Source: Armatimonadota bacterium (lineage in GTDB: Bacteria > Armatimonadota > UBA5829 > DSUL01). Taken from it: DNA of 64,000 bases. A program made the position numbers and the translations under genes. Under the pieces are notes generated by a model. The model saw nothing but the letters and a program-made list of their open reading frames with translations. It had not been told where the DNA came from and searched no databases. The stretch covers positions 160,001-224,000 of the forward strand of contig JBDHZC010000002.1 in NCBI GenBank assembly GCA_039811685.1, given 5' to 3'. Positions 19,858 to 29,541 of the stretch are shown here, one piece after another; within the stretch, counting starts at the first letter, position 1, and the number at the start of each line of letters is the position of its first letter.

Positions 19858-20979
19858 CTACGCCTTACCGCTTGCGCGGACCAGAGCCCGGGCATACTGC
19901 GCACAGCGCACAAGGTCTGAAACGCTGATAAACTCCTCCGGCGTGTGTATTTTTTCATATCCGACGCCGACAACGGCAGTTGGGAGCCCCTTTGCGTTCA
20001 GAATGTTGCAGTCGCTGCCACCTCCGTGCGCCACCAGATCGGACTCCATACCGATGGAGCGGGCTGCGCGAAGCCCGAACTCCATCAATGGATCCGTCGC
20101 CGCGTGTTTGTAGCCGAGATACTCCCGTGTTACTTCGACAGTCACCTCGACACCGGTTTCCACAGCCGCATCCTCACAGGCTTTGCGCATCGCCGCCACC
20201 TGCTCATCCAGCTTTTTTGTGTCACGGCTTCTGGCCTCGGCGCGAAGCTCACAGCTTTCGGGAATGATGTTGCGCGCGCTGCCTCCCTGAACGATGCCGA
20301 CGTTGGCCGTTGTCTCCTCGTCAATTCTGCCCAGCTTCATAGCCGCTATAGCTCTGGCGGCAGCCTGGATGGCGCTGGCGCCCTCCTCCGGACAGACTCC
20401 CGCGTGAGCCGCGCGTCCGTGGAAGCGAATAACAATGTTATCGTGAGTCGGAGCAGAGGAGACGAGGTGACCCACGGGTTGACCCGAATCGAAAACGAAG
20501 CCCAGATCAGAGTTGATGGCGGACATGTCCAGCTCTTTGCTTCCGAGGAGTCCGATTTCCTCACAGATCAGAATCAGAATCTGAATCTGCCCGTGTGCCT
20601 CCTGGGATTCAACGACAGACTGCACGCCCTCGATAATCGCGGCAATACCCGCCTTGTCGTCAGCGCCCAGCACAGCGGCGCCTTCCTGTCGGATAATGCC
20701 GTCCTCCTGGAGAATGCGGATTCCTTCAGTTGGCTGAACCGTGTCCATGTGTGAGCAGAGCAGGATATCAACGCCGCCCTCACCGCAAGCGGGAAGAGTT
20801 GCGATGATATTGCCCACCTCTCCGCCCAGTGCACTGCCCGCGTTGTCCGTTACTACCGAGCAGCCAAGCTGCGTCAGCTTCTCCGCAATGACTCTGGAGA
20901 CGGCGCCCTCTTTCCGGGAAGGGCTGTTGATTTCGAGCAGGGAGAGAAAAGTATGCAGCAGACGTTCTTGATTAATCAT
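19858..20979 (-). CDS. M20 family peptidase (peptidase T-like)
   Basis: SHMDTV, LGADDKAG, EEIGLLG, GGGSD, IHTPEE. Confidence 0.92.
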   Translation of the reverse strand: MINQERLLHTFLSLLEINSPSRKEGAVSRVIAEKLTQLGCSVVTDNAGSALGGEVGNIIATLPACGEGGVDILLCSHMDTVQPTEGIRILQEDGIIRQEGAAVLGADDKAGIAAIIEGVQSVVESQEAHGQIQILILICEEIGLLGSKELDMSAINSDLGFVFDSGQPVGHLVSSAPTHDNIVIRFHGRAAHAGVCPEEGASAIQAAARAIAAMKLGRIDEETTANVGIVQGGSARNIIPESCELRAEARSRDTKKLDEQVAAMRKACEDAAVETGVEVTVEVTREYLGYKHAATDPLMEFGLRAARSIGMESDLVAHGGGSDCNILNAKGLPTAVVGVGYEKIHTPEEFISVSDLVRCAQYARALVRASGKA

Positions 20980-20983
20980 AGCT

Positions 20984-22021
20984 TCAGCGAGTGATAGTGA
21001 CTTTCGTCAGCCCGCGCGGACGATCCGGATTGTAGCCTTTGTTAAGTGAGAGATAGTACGCAAACATCTGCGCAGGAATGATGTAGAACATAGGCGTCAT
21101 AAGCTCGTCTATTTTGTCCGGCATGCGAATCCCGATAGTGGCGCGGCGCAGCGCTTCATCGTTGTTTGAATAGACAACCGTCTCCGCGCGTTTCTGGGAC
21201 AGCGTCTGGATCATGTGAAGCACACTTGTATAAGCCTTGCCATCAGGCGCGAACAAAAAGCAGGTGAGGCCCTCGTGAACTACGGCAATGGGCCCATGCG
21301 CAAAATCCGCCACCGAATAGGGACGCGCTCCAACGTAGCTTGTCTCCTGAATCTTCAGGGCAGCTTCGTGCGCGGTGGCAAGATTGATCCCGCGCGCCAT
21401 GACGAAACACTCCTCCATGAAGCGATAACGCGGCGCTGTGTCCTGAATGAACTCTTCGCTCTCCATCACAGCGGCCATCGCATCCGGAACTCTTTGCAGC
21501 TCTTCCAGGAGACGCTCATTCTCAGCGTATTTCAGCGCAAAGAGATAGCACGCAGCCAGTGTCGCCGTATAAGTCTTGGTTGTAGCCACGCTCTTCTCTT
21601 CCCCCGCGTGGCAGCAGATTGTGTGCTCGCTGGCGCTGGCCAGCTCTGAGGAGACGTCGTTGGTGATAGCGACCGTCAACCCTCCCCAGGCGCGCGCCTG
21701 TGCGATGTACTCCACTACGTCGGGGGATTGGCCCGACTGCGAAATCCCGATCACCAGGCAGCGGGAGAAGTCGAGGCGGCTGTCGTAAAGAGTCAAGACC
21801 GACGGCGCTGCCAGCGCGACTGGAATCCCCATCATTATCTCAAAGAGATATTTGGAAACTGTCGCCGCATGGTCGGAAGTCCCACGCCCAACGATAACAA
21901 CACAGCTTATGTCCCGAGACTTCACAGTACGGCACAGTGACTCGATATTCTTCTGCTCATCTCGCAGGACCGCCTGAACAGCTTTGGGCTGCTCATGGAT
22001 CTCATCTATCATTGCAGGCAT
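20984..22021 (-). CDS. Double-SIS domain sugar-phosphate isomerase/deaminase (GlmS C-terminal-like)
   Basis: EIHEQP, GRGTSDHA, ISQSGQS, SVATTKTY, EAALKIQE, HGP, PDRPRGLTKVT; no glutaminase domain. Confidence 0.88.
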   Translation of the reverse strand: MPAMIDEIHEQPKAVQAVLRDEQKNIESLCRTVKSRDISCVVIVGRGTSDHAATVSKYLFEIMMGIPVALAAPSVLTLYDSRLDFSRCLVIGISQSGQSPDVVEYIAQARAWGGLTVAITNDVSSELASASEHTICCHAGEEKSVATTKTYTATLAACYLFALKYAENERLLEELQRVPDAMAAVMESEEFIQDTAPRYRFMEECFVMARGINLATAHEAALKIQETSYVGARPYSVADFAHGPIAVVHEGLTCFLFAPDGKAYTSVLHMIQTLSQKRAETVVYSNNDEALRRATIGIRMPDKIDELMTPMFYIIPAQMFAYYLSLNKGYNPDRPRGLTKVTITR

Positions 22022-22112
22022 TTGGATTCCCCCTGTCCCCATGCAAACAACAGCAACGCGACTTTGCACACCGCAGACTCCAGGCTCTGAGGTGTCTTAC
22101 AAAAAGTATTTC

Positions 22113-23270
22113 TTATTGTGACTTAATATTATCAAGAACCAGCTTTCCGAGGGGACTGTCCGCCGCAACTCCGCAAATCTCCTCAAAAGCCCTTCTCACC
22201 CCTGCTTCCCTGATAAGAGACTGAATCCTGACCGCCGAAGGGTCTCCAGGCTCACAAAACTCTAGCCCAGCCGCAACAGCCTTTGCGACATAGACTGGCT
22301 CTACTCCCTGCTCCAGGCAGAACAGCGCCCCGCCCACGAGGCGGTCATCCCGGCCCAGCTTGCGCACAGGATCTGCGCCTACACGGGCAACCGTATCCGC
22401 CAGTTTTCGATTGCCAAAGCGCGAAAGCAAATCCTCAATATGCGCCTGATGCTCTTCGGAGTCCAGCCCGTAGCGCTTCACAAGCGCCTGCCCCGTTTCC
22501 TCCATAACAGCGCGCGTCAGACTGTGAACCTGCGCATCTTCCATACACTCCCAGATAAACTTGAAGCCTCTGCGGGCGCCAAAATAAGCGCTGGCAGCAT
22601 GTCCAGCATTGTGCGCATACAGCTTGCTGTCAACGTACGCCTGAAAATTGGCACGCGGCTGAACTCCGACGATGTCCGGAAGCTCACCCCGCAGCGCATC
22701 TGCGTCCACCGGCAGCTTCTTGTAAGCCTCAACTCGAATCCCAAGCGGGTCCAGCAGACGCTCTTCACCCGTTCGCACCGGTACCATCCGGCCGACAACC
22801 GCCTGCGTGAAGCCGATTCTCTCATCTACCCACTTGGCGGTCGCTCTATCCAGACTGTTCGACACAAGGCTCTTCAACGTCCCAGCAGCGTCCTGCATGT
22901 TTTCACAGACGATGATGTTCAGTGTGCCGTCCGGGCGAGCATTTCGCCTGAGCGTCAAGCCCCGGGCAATAGGAGCGGCTATGGAGGACAGAACATTGAC
23001 GCCAACAGCCGTCGCCGCCACTTCACACGCAACGACCTCCTGTGCGACGGCTTCAATGTCTCTCCCATTAACAGCCCGCACGTTGCGAATGGGAATGGTT
23101 TCCTCAGGCTCAGAAGCCACTGTGATTGAATATTGGTGCAGTTCATTCAGTTTTTCGACAATTTCCGGCGCCACGTCAACAAAGACAACCTCCAGTCCGG
23201 ACTCACTGAAAAGCTGTCCGGTAAAGCCCCGGCCGATATTGCCCGCTCCGAATTGCAGAGCCGTCTTCAA
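22113..23270 (-). CDS. mtlD: Mannitol-1-phosphate 5-dehydrogenase family protein
   Basis: FGAGNIGRGF, TAVG, VCEN, RMVP, KL..HNAGHA, RVGADPVRKLGRDDRL. Confidence 0.88.
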   Translation of the reverse strand: MKTALQFGAGNIGRGFTGQLFSESGLEVVFVDVAPEIVEKLNELHQYSITVASEPEETIPIRNVRAVNGRDIEAVAQEVVACEVAATAVGVNVLSSIAAPIARGLTLRRNARPDGTLNIIVCENMQDAAGTLKSLVSNSLDRATAKWVDERIGFTQAVVGRMVPVRTGEERLLDPLGIRVEAYKKLPVDADALRGELPDIVGVQPRANFQAYVDSKLYAHNAGHAASAYFGARRGFKFIWECMEDAQVHSLTRAVMEETGQALVKRYGLDSEEHQAHIEDLLSRFGNRKLADTVARVGADPVRKLGRDDRLVGGALFCLEQGVEPVYVAKAVAAGLEFCEPGDPSAVRIQSLIREAGVRRAFEEICGVAADSPLGKLVLDNIKSQ

Positions 23271-23377
23271 CTGTCTGATGTCTTCCTGTTCACCGTGATC
23301 CTGCAGATTATACACCGCAAACTCTCAGCGTGGAGCAATCCGAGTTGATAACAGCCGCCCGGTGAAACTCAGAGCAA

Positions 23378-23410
23378 AACAAAGCGGCTGATCCGGTCAG
23401 ATCAGCCGCT
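23378..23410 (-). terminator. Intrinsic terminator after the diguanylate cyclase gene
   Basis: 11-bp stem AGCGGCTGATC/GATCAGCCGCT followed by a T-rich run on the - strand. Confidence 0.75.
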
Positions 23411-23448
23411 GCTCAGAAGTGTGTTTGCCGCAACCCGCAGAATCAGGC

Positions 23449-25326
23449 TTACGCTGCCCTTTCCGTCAGTCGAGTTCTTCGCAAGTCATTCTTGTTGGCG
23501 TACATCCGCTCATCGGCAACTGACAGCAGGCTCTTGACGTCACGGCCGTCCTCGCCAAAAGTTGCCGCGCCAAAGCTCGCGCCAAAGTCTATGGACTGCA
23601 GTCCCGGAAGAGAGCTGACATACTCTTCCACGGCGCAGGCCAGCCGGTCTATGGTTTCGCGGGCCTGCTCGGCGCCAGTTTCTGGAAGAATAATAACGAA
23701 CTCGTCTCCTCCGTAGCGAACCACGCTATCGTAATCACGCACTGTGGTAGTAAAAAGGCGCGCCATATCGCGCAGCAGAGCGTCGCCGGCCGGATGTCCA
23801 AGGGTGTCATTGACGGCTTTGAAGTGATTCAAATCCACCGCAACAATGGAAAAGGCATGGTTGAGCCGGTTCGCGCGCGCCACCTCGTGCTCTATCTGCG
23901 CGCAGAAGAAGCGCAGGTTGAACAGACCGGTCAGCGGGTCTCTGTCGGCGCTCTCTCGCGTTGCCTCATAAATGCTTGCGTGAGCGACAGGCACAGACGC
24001 ATGCCGCGCCAGCGTATCCAGTAGGTCCAGATCTTCAATGGTGAACTCTTTGTGCCGCCGGTACAGATTCACGGTCCCTAGCACTGTGTTCTGAATGCGA
24101 AGAGGAGCGATGGCAGCCCACTCGTAGTCCAGTTCAATCGGAGTTCCGTCTGTGGTCTCCAGAGTATCGCGACTCTGACGGACTATGGTGGACCTTCGTT
24201 CAAAAGCGACGTGTCCGGTGCCCGATTGGCCAATGCGCGCTCGAGCTCCCAGAAGCTCGCTGGCCTCATGAGGCCAGGCGGTGACACACGAAATTGTTGA
24301 TCCGTTTTCATCGTTCAAAAAGATCGCGCAGGCATCGCAGTCCAGAGCTGTGGCGATTTTTGGCGCGACATTCTCAAGACGGCTGCTCAGATCCAGACTT
24401 GAGCTGACAAGCTGAGATATCTCCCACAGGGCGACAAACTGCTGGTTCACACGGGAGATGGCCGCCGCCGCCCGCTCTGATGGCGCGGACTCGACCTCGT
24501 CACAGCTCTGACTGATCTGCTCCGATATGCGCAGAAACGCGCTGACTATGGCAGGGTCGAAGTGAGCGCCGGACATGATTCTAATGTGCGTCACAGCCTG
24601 ACTGTGAGTCCAGCCACTGCTGTAAGTGCGCTTGGAGGTGACGGCTCCGTAGACGTCCGCAACCGCCAGGATTCGCGCTCCAAGAGGAATGTCTGTTCCC
24701 GATACCCGATCCGGATAGCCCGTGCCGTCCCAACGCTCGTGATGCGAGCGGATGTACTTCTGAACCGGCCACGGGAAAGGAATCCCTTCCAGAATCTGCG
24801 CCCCGATGATCGGGTGGTTGTGGATGGCCTGAAATTCTTCCAGAGACGGACGCCCTTTCTGAAGCAGGATGTGCTCCGGCACACCCAGCGTTCCCACGTC
24901 CAGCAAAAGCGCAGCCGTACGGATGCCCTGCACCTCATCCGCGCTCAGCCCCATCTCCTGCGCGATCTTCGTAGCAACCAGCTCTACGATGGTCACATGG
25001 TCGCTACCGTGACAGTCCCGGGCATCTATGGCTATTGCCAGCGAGCGCAGCGTTTCGCTGTAGAGCCCGTCCCAGTCTCGATTGCCGCTTCCCAGGCGGC
25101 GGACTTCACTCTGGGACAGCTGCAGCGCCTGCCCCAGCAAAACCGCACAACCAGTGCCGAGCGCGGCGATGATAGCAGCCGGCAGTTCGAGTTCTCCACT
25201 CAGTGAAGTGGCTGCGAGAACCGTAAGCGCTGCGGCTACGGGCGCGAATATCAGACGGATGCAGGCGCGCAGGCGGCTGAGCTTCTCAGGGCCGCGCGCG
25301 GTTTGTTGTCTCCCAGAATCCGGCAT
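23449..25326 (-). CDS. Membrane-anchored HD-GYP (degenerate)-GAF-GGDEF diguanylate cyclase
   Basis: Two N-terminal TM segments, HHERWDGTGYP, GAF region, DPLTGLFN, RDYD I-site, RYGGDEF. Confidence 0.92.
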   Translation of the reverse strand: MPDSGRQQTARGPEKLSRLRACIRLIFAPVAAALTVLAATSLSGELELPAAIIAALGTGCAVLLGQALQLSQSEVRRLGSGNRDWDGLYSETLRSLAIAIDARDCHGSDHVTIVELVATKIAQEMGLSADEVQGIRTAALLLDVGTLGVPEHILLQKGRPSLEEFQAIHNHPIIGAQILEGIPFPWPVQKYIRSHHERWDGTGYPDRVSGTDIPLGARILAVADVYGAVTSKRTYSSGWTHSQAVTHIRIMSGAHFDPAIVSAFLRISEQISQSCDEVESAPSERAAAAISRVNQQFVALWEISQLVSSSLDLSSRLENVAPKIATALDCDACAIFLNDENGSTISCVTAWPHEASELLGARARIGQSGTGHVAFERRSTIVRQSRDTLETTDGTPIELDYEWAAIAPLRIQNTVLGTVNLYRRHKEFTIEDLDLLDTLARHASVPVAHASIYEATRESADRDPLTGLFNLRFFCAQIEHEVARANRLNHAFSIVAVDLNHFKAVNDTLGHPAGDALLRDMARLFTTTVRDYDSVVRYGGDEFVIILPETGAEQARETIDRLACAVEEYVSSLPGLQSIDFGASFGAATFGEDGRDVKSLLSVADERMYANKNDLRRTRLTERAA

Positions 25327-25817
25327 GGGTGGGTAGTATCCCCTTCACTCTCCTGATGATTTCGCTTTGCGCAAATTTGGAGCGGCAAAGTCTTCGACGG
25401 CAACGGAGCAGCGGATGCGTGCTCATCGGTCCAGATGCGTGGCCTGTAGAGGGCGATGCCGATCACAAAACGCGACGGGTGCGTTGTCGGCGGACCACCT
25501 GAGTTCTGGACATCTCCGGGCGTCGCGCAGTTAACCGGCCAGACTGCCAGGTCTGCGCTTCAGCGGACAGCGGCAATCCCGGGCTTCTGCCCTCTTGAGA
25601 CTGGCGCGTCCTCACTCTCATTCATTCCACAACCGGGCGGCCTGGCAGGGATGCCGGGTCGAGGCGACCCGCCCCTGAAGCGGCGGCCACAAGATGAAAA
25701 AACCAGCAGCGAGAATGAACTCAGAGCCTACTGCGGTCACTGAGCAGAAAACAGTGACTCAATGACTTTTGCCACGAGAAGCAGTCCGCCAAAGCAGGTA
25801 ATTTAGCGGGAACGGCC

Positions 25818-25846
25818 TTGCACGGCGCAACGCGTTGCTGTATGGT
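25818..25846 (+). promoter_or_regulatory. Putative sigma70 promoter of cdsA
   Basis: TTGCAC-N17-TATGGT. Confidence 0.5.
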
Positions 25847-25901
25847 AACAGTGCGGGCCTGAGGGGATCCGACAACGATAGACGAAAGACAGAGGCCAGA
25901 G

Positions 25902-26723
25902 GTGCGCAAAAGAGTGCAAACACTGATCGTCGCCGCTCCTGTCGCCGTAGCATTGATGCTGTGGCCGGGAGGAGTGCCGGCAGTCGTAGCCACCACGGCT
26001 GTGCTGGCGCTGGCTTACGGCGAATACTGCCAGATGTGCCTCTCCGCCGGTATCCCATGCCGCCTGTGGTGGGGAGTTCTGGCGATAGTATTGTTTGCAG
26101 TCTCAGCGCAGGGGCGGACGCCAGTCGACGGGTGGATGCCAGATGCCTGGCTGCTGCTGGGTGCGCTGGTTCTAACGCTGGAGACACTGCGCCGGGAGCG
26201 CAAGCCGGTGTTGGCGCTGGGGGCCTCACTGCTCGGAGTGCTCTGGATTGGGGGGATGGGCAGTCTATTCCTGACGGTGCGCTTTTCCCAAATTCGCGAA
26301 GCCACCAGTGGCCCTCTGGAGCCCGGAGCATGGGCGGCTCTTGGATTGCTGCTTACGGTGTGGGCACTGGATATTTGCGCGTATCTGGGCGGACGAGCGT
26401 TTGGACGTATTCAGATAGCACCGTCAATCAGCCCAAAAAAGACTGTCGAGGGGGCTATCGTCGGCTTTTTTGCCGCGACGGGAGTGGGGCTTCTGGTGGC
26501 CCCGTGGATGGGTCTTGGCGTGTGGAGCGGCGCTTCACTTGGAGCGGTTATCGGGCTTGCGGGACAGGCAGGTGATCTTTTTGAGTCGGCGATCAAGCGC
26601 GAACTGCAGGTCAAAGACTCAGGCGCAAGCCTGCCCGGGCACGGAGGGTGGCTAGATCGGATTGACAGCCTGTTGTTCGCATGCGCTGTGGCTGCGTGGT
26701 GGCTGGCGCGCGGGCCGCGCTAG
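25902..26723 (+). CDS. cdsA: Phosphatidate cytidylyltransferase
   Basis: ISPKKTVEG, GDLFESAIKR..VKDSG..LPGHGGWLDRIDS. Confidence 0.96.
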   Translation: MRKRVQTLIVAAPVAVALMLWPGGVPAVVATTAVLALAYGEYCQMCLSAGIPCRLWWGVLAIVLFAVSAQGRTPVDGWMPDAWLLLGALVLTLETLRRERKPVLALGASLLGVLWIGGMGSLFLTVRFSQIREATSGPLEPGAWAALGLLLTVWALDICAYLGGRAFGRIQIAPSISPKKTVEGAIVGFFAATGVGLLVAPWMGLGVWSGASLGAVIGLAGQAGDLFESAIKRELQVKDSGASLPGHGGWLDRIDSLLFACAVAAWWLARGPR

Positions 26724-26759
26724 CTCAGAAAGCGCCCCCTCAGTCCACGCGCTCAAGAT

Positions 26760-27332
26760 CTACGGGGCGCGGTTACCCGAGGAGGCAACCTGGTGTTGGA
26801 GTGTTCTTACGGCACGGGCCAGACGCTCGCGATCGAACTCTGTGGCTGCATTCTTCTCGGCTTCGCGGTAGTTGGCCAGAGCCAGTTTTCCATCTTTGTC
26901 ACAACGCCAGATGATGAAGCCGAGCGTCTCATAAAGCTCAGCAGACTTCGGGTTGTTGCGAATCCCTTCGTTGAGAAACCGCTTGGCCTCCTGCGGCTTC
27001 TTCTGGTAGAGTCCCAGCATCCAGCCCCCCGAGGCGTAAGCCTGCGTGAAGTGAGGGTCCAGACTGGTGATCATCCTCATCAGAGGGAGGATGTCCGTAT
27101 CCTGTGCCCAGTTGGGGTTGTGCTCGACAAACTCATGATGATAGCTGTCCGCTTTCATCCAGAGCAGGTTGGCGAACACGGTGCGAAACTGCCCGGCGAG
27201 ACTTGCATAAACGGACGATCCACCAGGTGTGAGCTCTCTGTCGCGCGCGGTGTCGCGCGTGATGGAAGCGTCTGAGACAATCGTTAGAGCGCCCAGCGCA
27301 AGCAGAGCAATCCAGACGCCTGACTTACGCAT
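26760..27332 (-). CDS. TPR-containing exported protein (PilG/XapA-like partner of ABC module)
   Basis: N-terminal hydrophobic segment, ANLLWMKA..Y, ITSLDPHF..AY, A..FL.EGIRNNP. Confidence 0.7.
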   Translation of the reverse strand: MRKSGVWIALLALGALTIVSDASITRDTARDRELTPGGSSVYASLAGQFRTVFANLLWMKADSYHHEFVEHNPNWAQDTDILPLMRMITSLDPHFTQAYASGGWMLGLYQKKPQEAKRFLNEGIRNNPKSAELYETLGFIIWRCDKDGKLALANYREAEKNAATEFDRERLARAVRTLQHQVASSGNRAP

Positions 27333-27555
27333 TTTGCCCGCCCTTTCTGCGCCCGATCAGACGCACCAGCACTACCGCTCCTGACCAGACTCCACCAAGA
27401 ACCAGCATTTGAGCTGCGAGTTCCCCGCGCACCTGCGAAGACTCCCATTGATGAGGGGCGTGGTGTTCACCTGCCTCATGACACAAACCCGCACAGGGCG
27501 ACAGAAGAATCGCCGCAGCAGCGAGAAATCGATAAAGGCGCGCGCGGATCGTCAT
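27325..27555 (-). CDS. Small membrane protein (signal peptide, His-rich segment, C-terminal TM)
   Basis: 76 aa, overlaps both neighbours in operon fashion, HEAGEHHAPH segment. Confidence 0.65.
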   Translation of the reverse strand: MTIRARLYRFLAAAAILLSPCAGLCHEAGEHHAPHQWESSQVRGELAAQMLVLGGVWSGAVVLVRLIGRRKGGQNA

Positions 27556-28325
27556 ATCTCTCTCCGTGAAAAGACAGCGCTGGAGACCGCCAGTACGAAG
27601 CCTGTGTACACCACTGCGTAAGCCGCAACAAGGGCCAGATAGCTCGACGGGATTGCGATGTTGTGAATGAGTGCGTCCTTGAAACTGAAGCTGTCAAGAT
27701 TCGGCAGAAGATAATAGACCGCCTGGAGGACCTGAGTCGCCACCGGTACGTGAGAGTTTTCGATGGCTGCGTGCAGGTATCCGATCTTCATCTGCCCGAG
27801 AATGAACACAAAAAGACTCAACGTCGCGCTAACCATAGGAGACACGAGCAAGCTGAAGAACATGCCCACTGCCGCCAGCAAGCAGACCTCCAGAAAGACA
27901 TATCCCATCCCCAGCGCCACAGCCGTGTCGAATTGATGCTCGTAAACGGCCAGAATGCCGAGAAAGACCAGTCCTATAAGCCCCATGCAGAGCAGGCTGG
28001 TGAGGCAGATTCCCAGATACTTCCCCAAAATATAGTCACTGCGCCGAACCGCGCGCGAAAGAGTCGGATAGGCGGTGCGGCTCTGGAGCTCCGCAGGAAT
28101 ACTCCCAACAGAGACGGCTATAGCCAGAATACCGCCCGAGAACAGAATGGCAGCCAGGGACAGGTCTTTGAGAATCTTGACCTGAACGCCCATATCGAAA
28201 AACGACAACAGGGTCGTGGAGGCGATGGCGGCAATGGTGAGAATCAGGATCACCTGCAGAAGCTGTTTGCGCAGATTCTCCTTGAAGGTCACCTTACCGA
28301 TTGTCCAGATTTGTCTAAGATGCAC
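27552..28325 (-). CDS. ABC-2 type permease (PilI-like)
   Basis: TFKENLR, ELQSRTAYPTLSRAVRRSDYILGKYLG, six TM segments, YYLLPNL. Confidence 0.9.
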   Translation of the reverse strand: MHLRQIWTIGKVTFKENLRKQLLQVILILTIAAIASTTLLSFFDMGVQVKILKDLSLAAILFSGGILAIAVSVGSIPAELQSRTAYPTLSRAVRRSDYILGKYLGICLTSLLCMGLIGLVFLGILAVYEHQFDTAVALGMGYVFLEVCLLAAVGMFFSLLVSPMVSATLSLFVFILGQMKIGYLHAAIENSHVPVATQVLQAVYYLLPNLDSFSFKDALIHNIAIPSSYLALVAAYAVVYTGFVLAVSSAVFSRREI

Positions 28326-28349
28326 TTGCTTACAGTCCTCCAGGCGTTT

Positions 28350-29291
28350 TCACGCAGCCAGACGCAGAAACGCTTCTTCCAGAGTCTCCGATCCGGATGA
28401 AACAGAAAGCAGTTGCGCGCCCGCCCGCTCCAGCACTCCTATGACTGGGTAGATCTGTTCCGCTGAACATTCAATCGTCGTCTGGAAGGGCTCGTCTATC
28501 TCAATTCCAAGGGTTTGCAGGTCCTCAATGATTGACGCGGTCAACGACGAGGTCACTATTCTGACGGCGGTTTCGGGCTGCTTGACTTCGCTCGGTTTCC
28601 CGCAGGCGACAACCCGGCCTTTGTTCAGAACCGTGATCTGATCACACAGCGTGTCAATCTCCGAGAGAACGTGAGAGCTGAGGAAGACCGTGCGCCCTTC
28701 AGAGCGCATGCGCGCTATGATCTGCCGCATTTCGTGCCGTCCGAGTGGGTCCAGTCCCGAGGTTGGCTCATCCAGAATCAGCAGGCGCGGACGGCCAAGC
28801 AAGGCTTGCGCAATCCCGACGCGCTGCTGGTTTCCTTTGGACAGGCGACTGAGTGGAAGGTTGCGATTCTGAGATAAATGGGTGATTTCAAGAACTGAGT
28901 CAATCTGATCGTCGCGCTCGGAAGGCCGCAGGCCGAGCAGATCGGCATGCATTCGCAGAACCTCCTGCGGAGACATGAACGCGGGGAAATATGGCTGTTC
29001 CGGCAGATAGCCAACGTGCCTGCGCGTTGTGTGCTCGCTGCACGGTTCGTCAAAAATGCGCAACTCGCCACCCGTCGGGCGCAGAAAGCCGAGAAGCATC
29101 TTGATCGTGGTGGTTTTCCCCGCTCCGTTCGCGCCGAGAAAACCAAAAACAACGCCCTGCGGAACGTCCAGATTCAGACTGTCCACAGCCTTGCGGCTCT
29201 GATTGCGCGGGAGCCTGTAAACCCGGGTAACATTTCTGCACTCAATCGCCAGGGGCAGATTGTTGGAGGATGTGTGCACTGAATCGGTCAT
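28350..29291 (-). CDS. ABC transporter ATP-binding protein (PilH-like)
   Basis: GANGAGKTT, LSKGNQQR, LILDEPTSGLDP, SSH. Confidence 0.95.
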   Translation of the reverse strand: MTDSVHTSSNNLPLAIECRNVTRVYRLPRNQSRKAVDSLNLDVPQGVVFGFLGANGAGKTTTIKMLLGFLRPTGGELRIFDEPCSEHTTRRHVGYLPEQPYFPAFMSPQEVLRMHADLLGLRPSERDDQIDSVLEITHLSQNRNLPLSRLSKGNQQRVGIAQALLGRPRLLILDEPTSGLDPLGRHEMRQIIARMRSEGRTVFLSSHVLSEIDTLCDQITVLNKGRVVACGKPSEVKQPETAVRIVTSSLTASIIEDLQTLGIEIDEPFQTTIECSAEQIYPVIGVLERAGAQLLSVSSGSETLEEAFLRLAA

Positions 29292-29347
29292 GCATTGCGC
29301 CTCTTATTTCACAGATGAAAGCGTCGAAGATAAGAACTCCACTTCCA

Positions 29348-29376
29348 TTATTGGCGCAATGAAGAAACAGGATTAG
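29348..29376 (-). promoter_or_regulatory. Possible sigma28-like promoter upstream of the ABC module
   Basis: CTAATC-N15-GCCAATAA. Confidence 0.3.
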
Positions 29377-29541
29377 AGAATTTCAGTGCGCAGCGCGCCG
29401 CGCGACACCGGCTGGGCGATGGTCTGGCCAAGGCTGGCGGCTTGGGTAAGAATGCACCAGATACCGAGCTCCAGGCGGATACTTCAAATGGCGTCCACAG
29501 GTACACGCGTGTGGATGAGGGCGAACAAGAAGGCTTGACAT

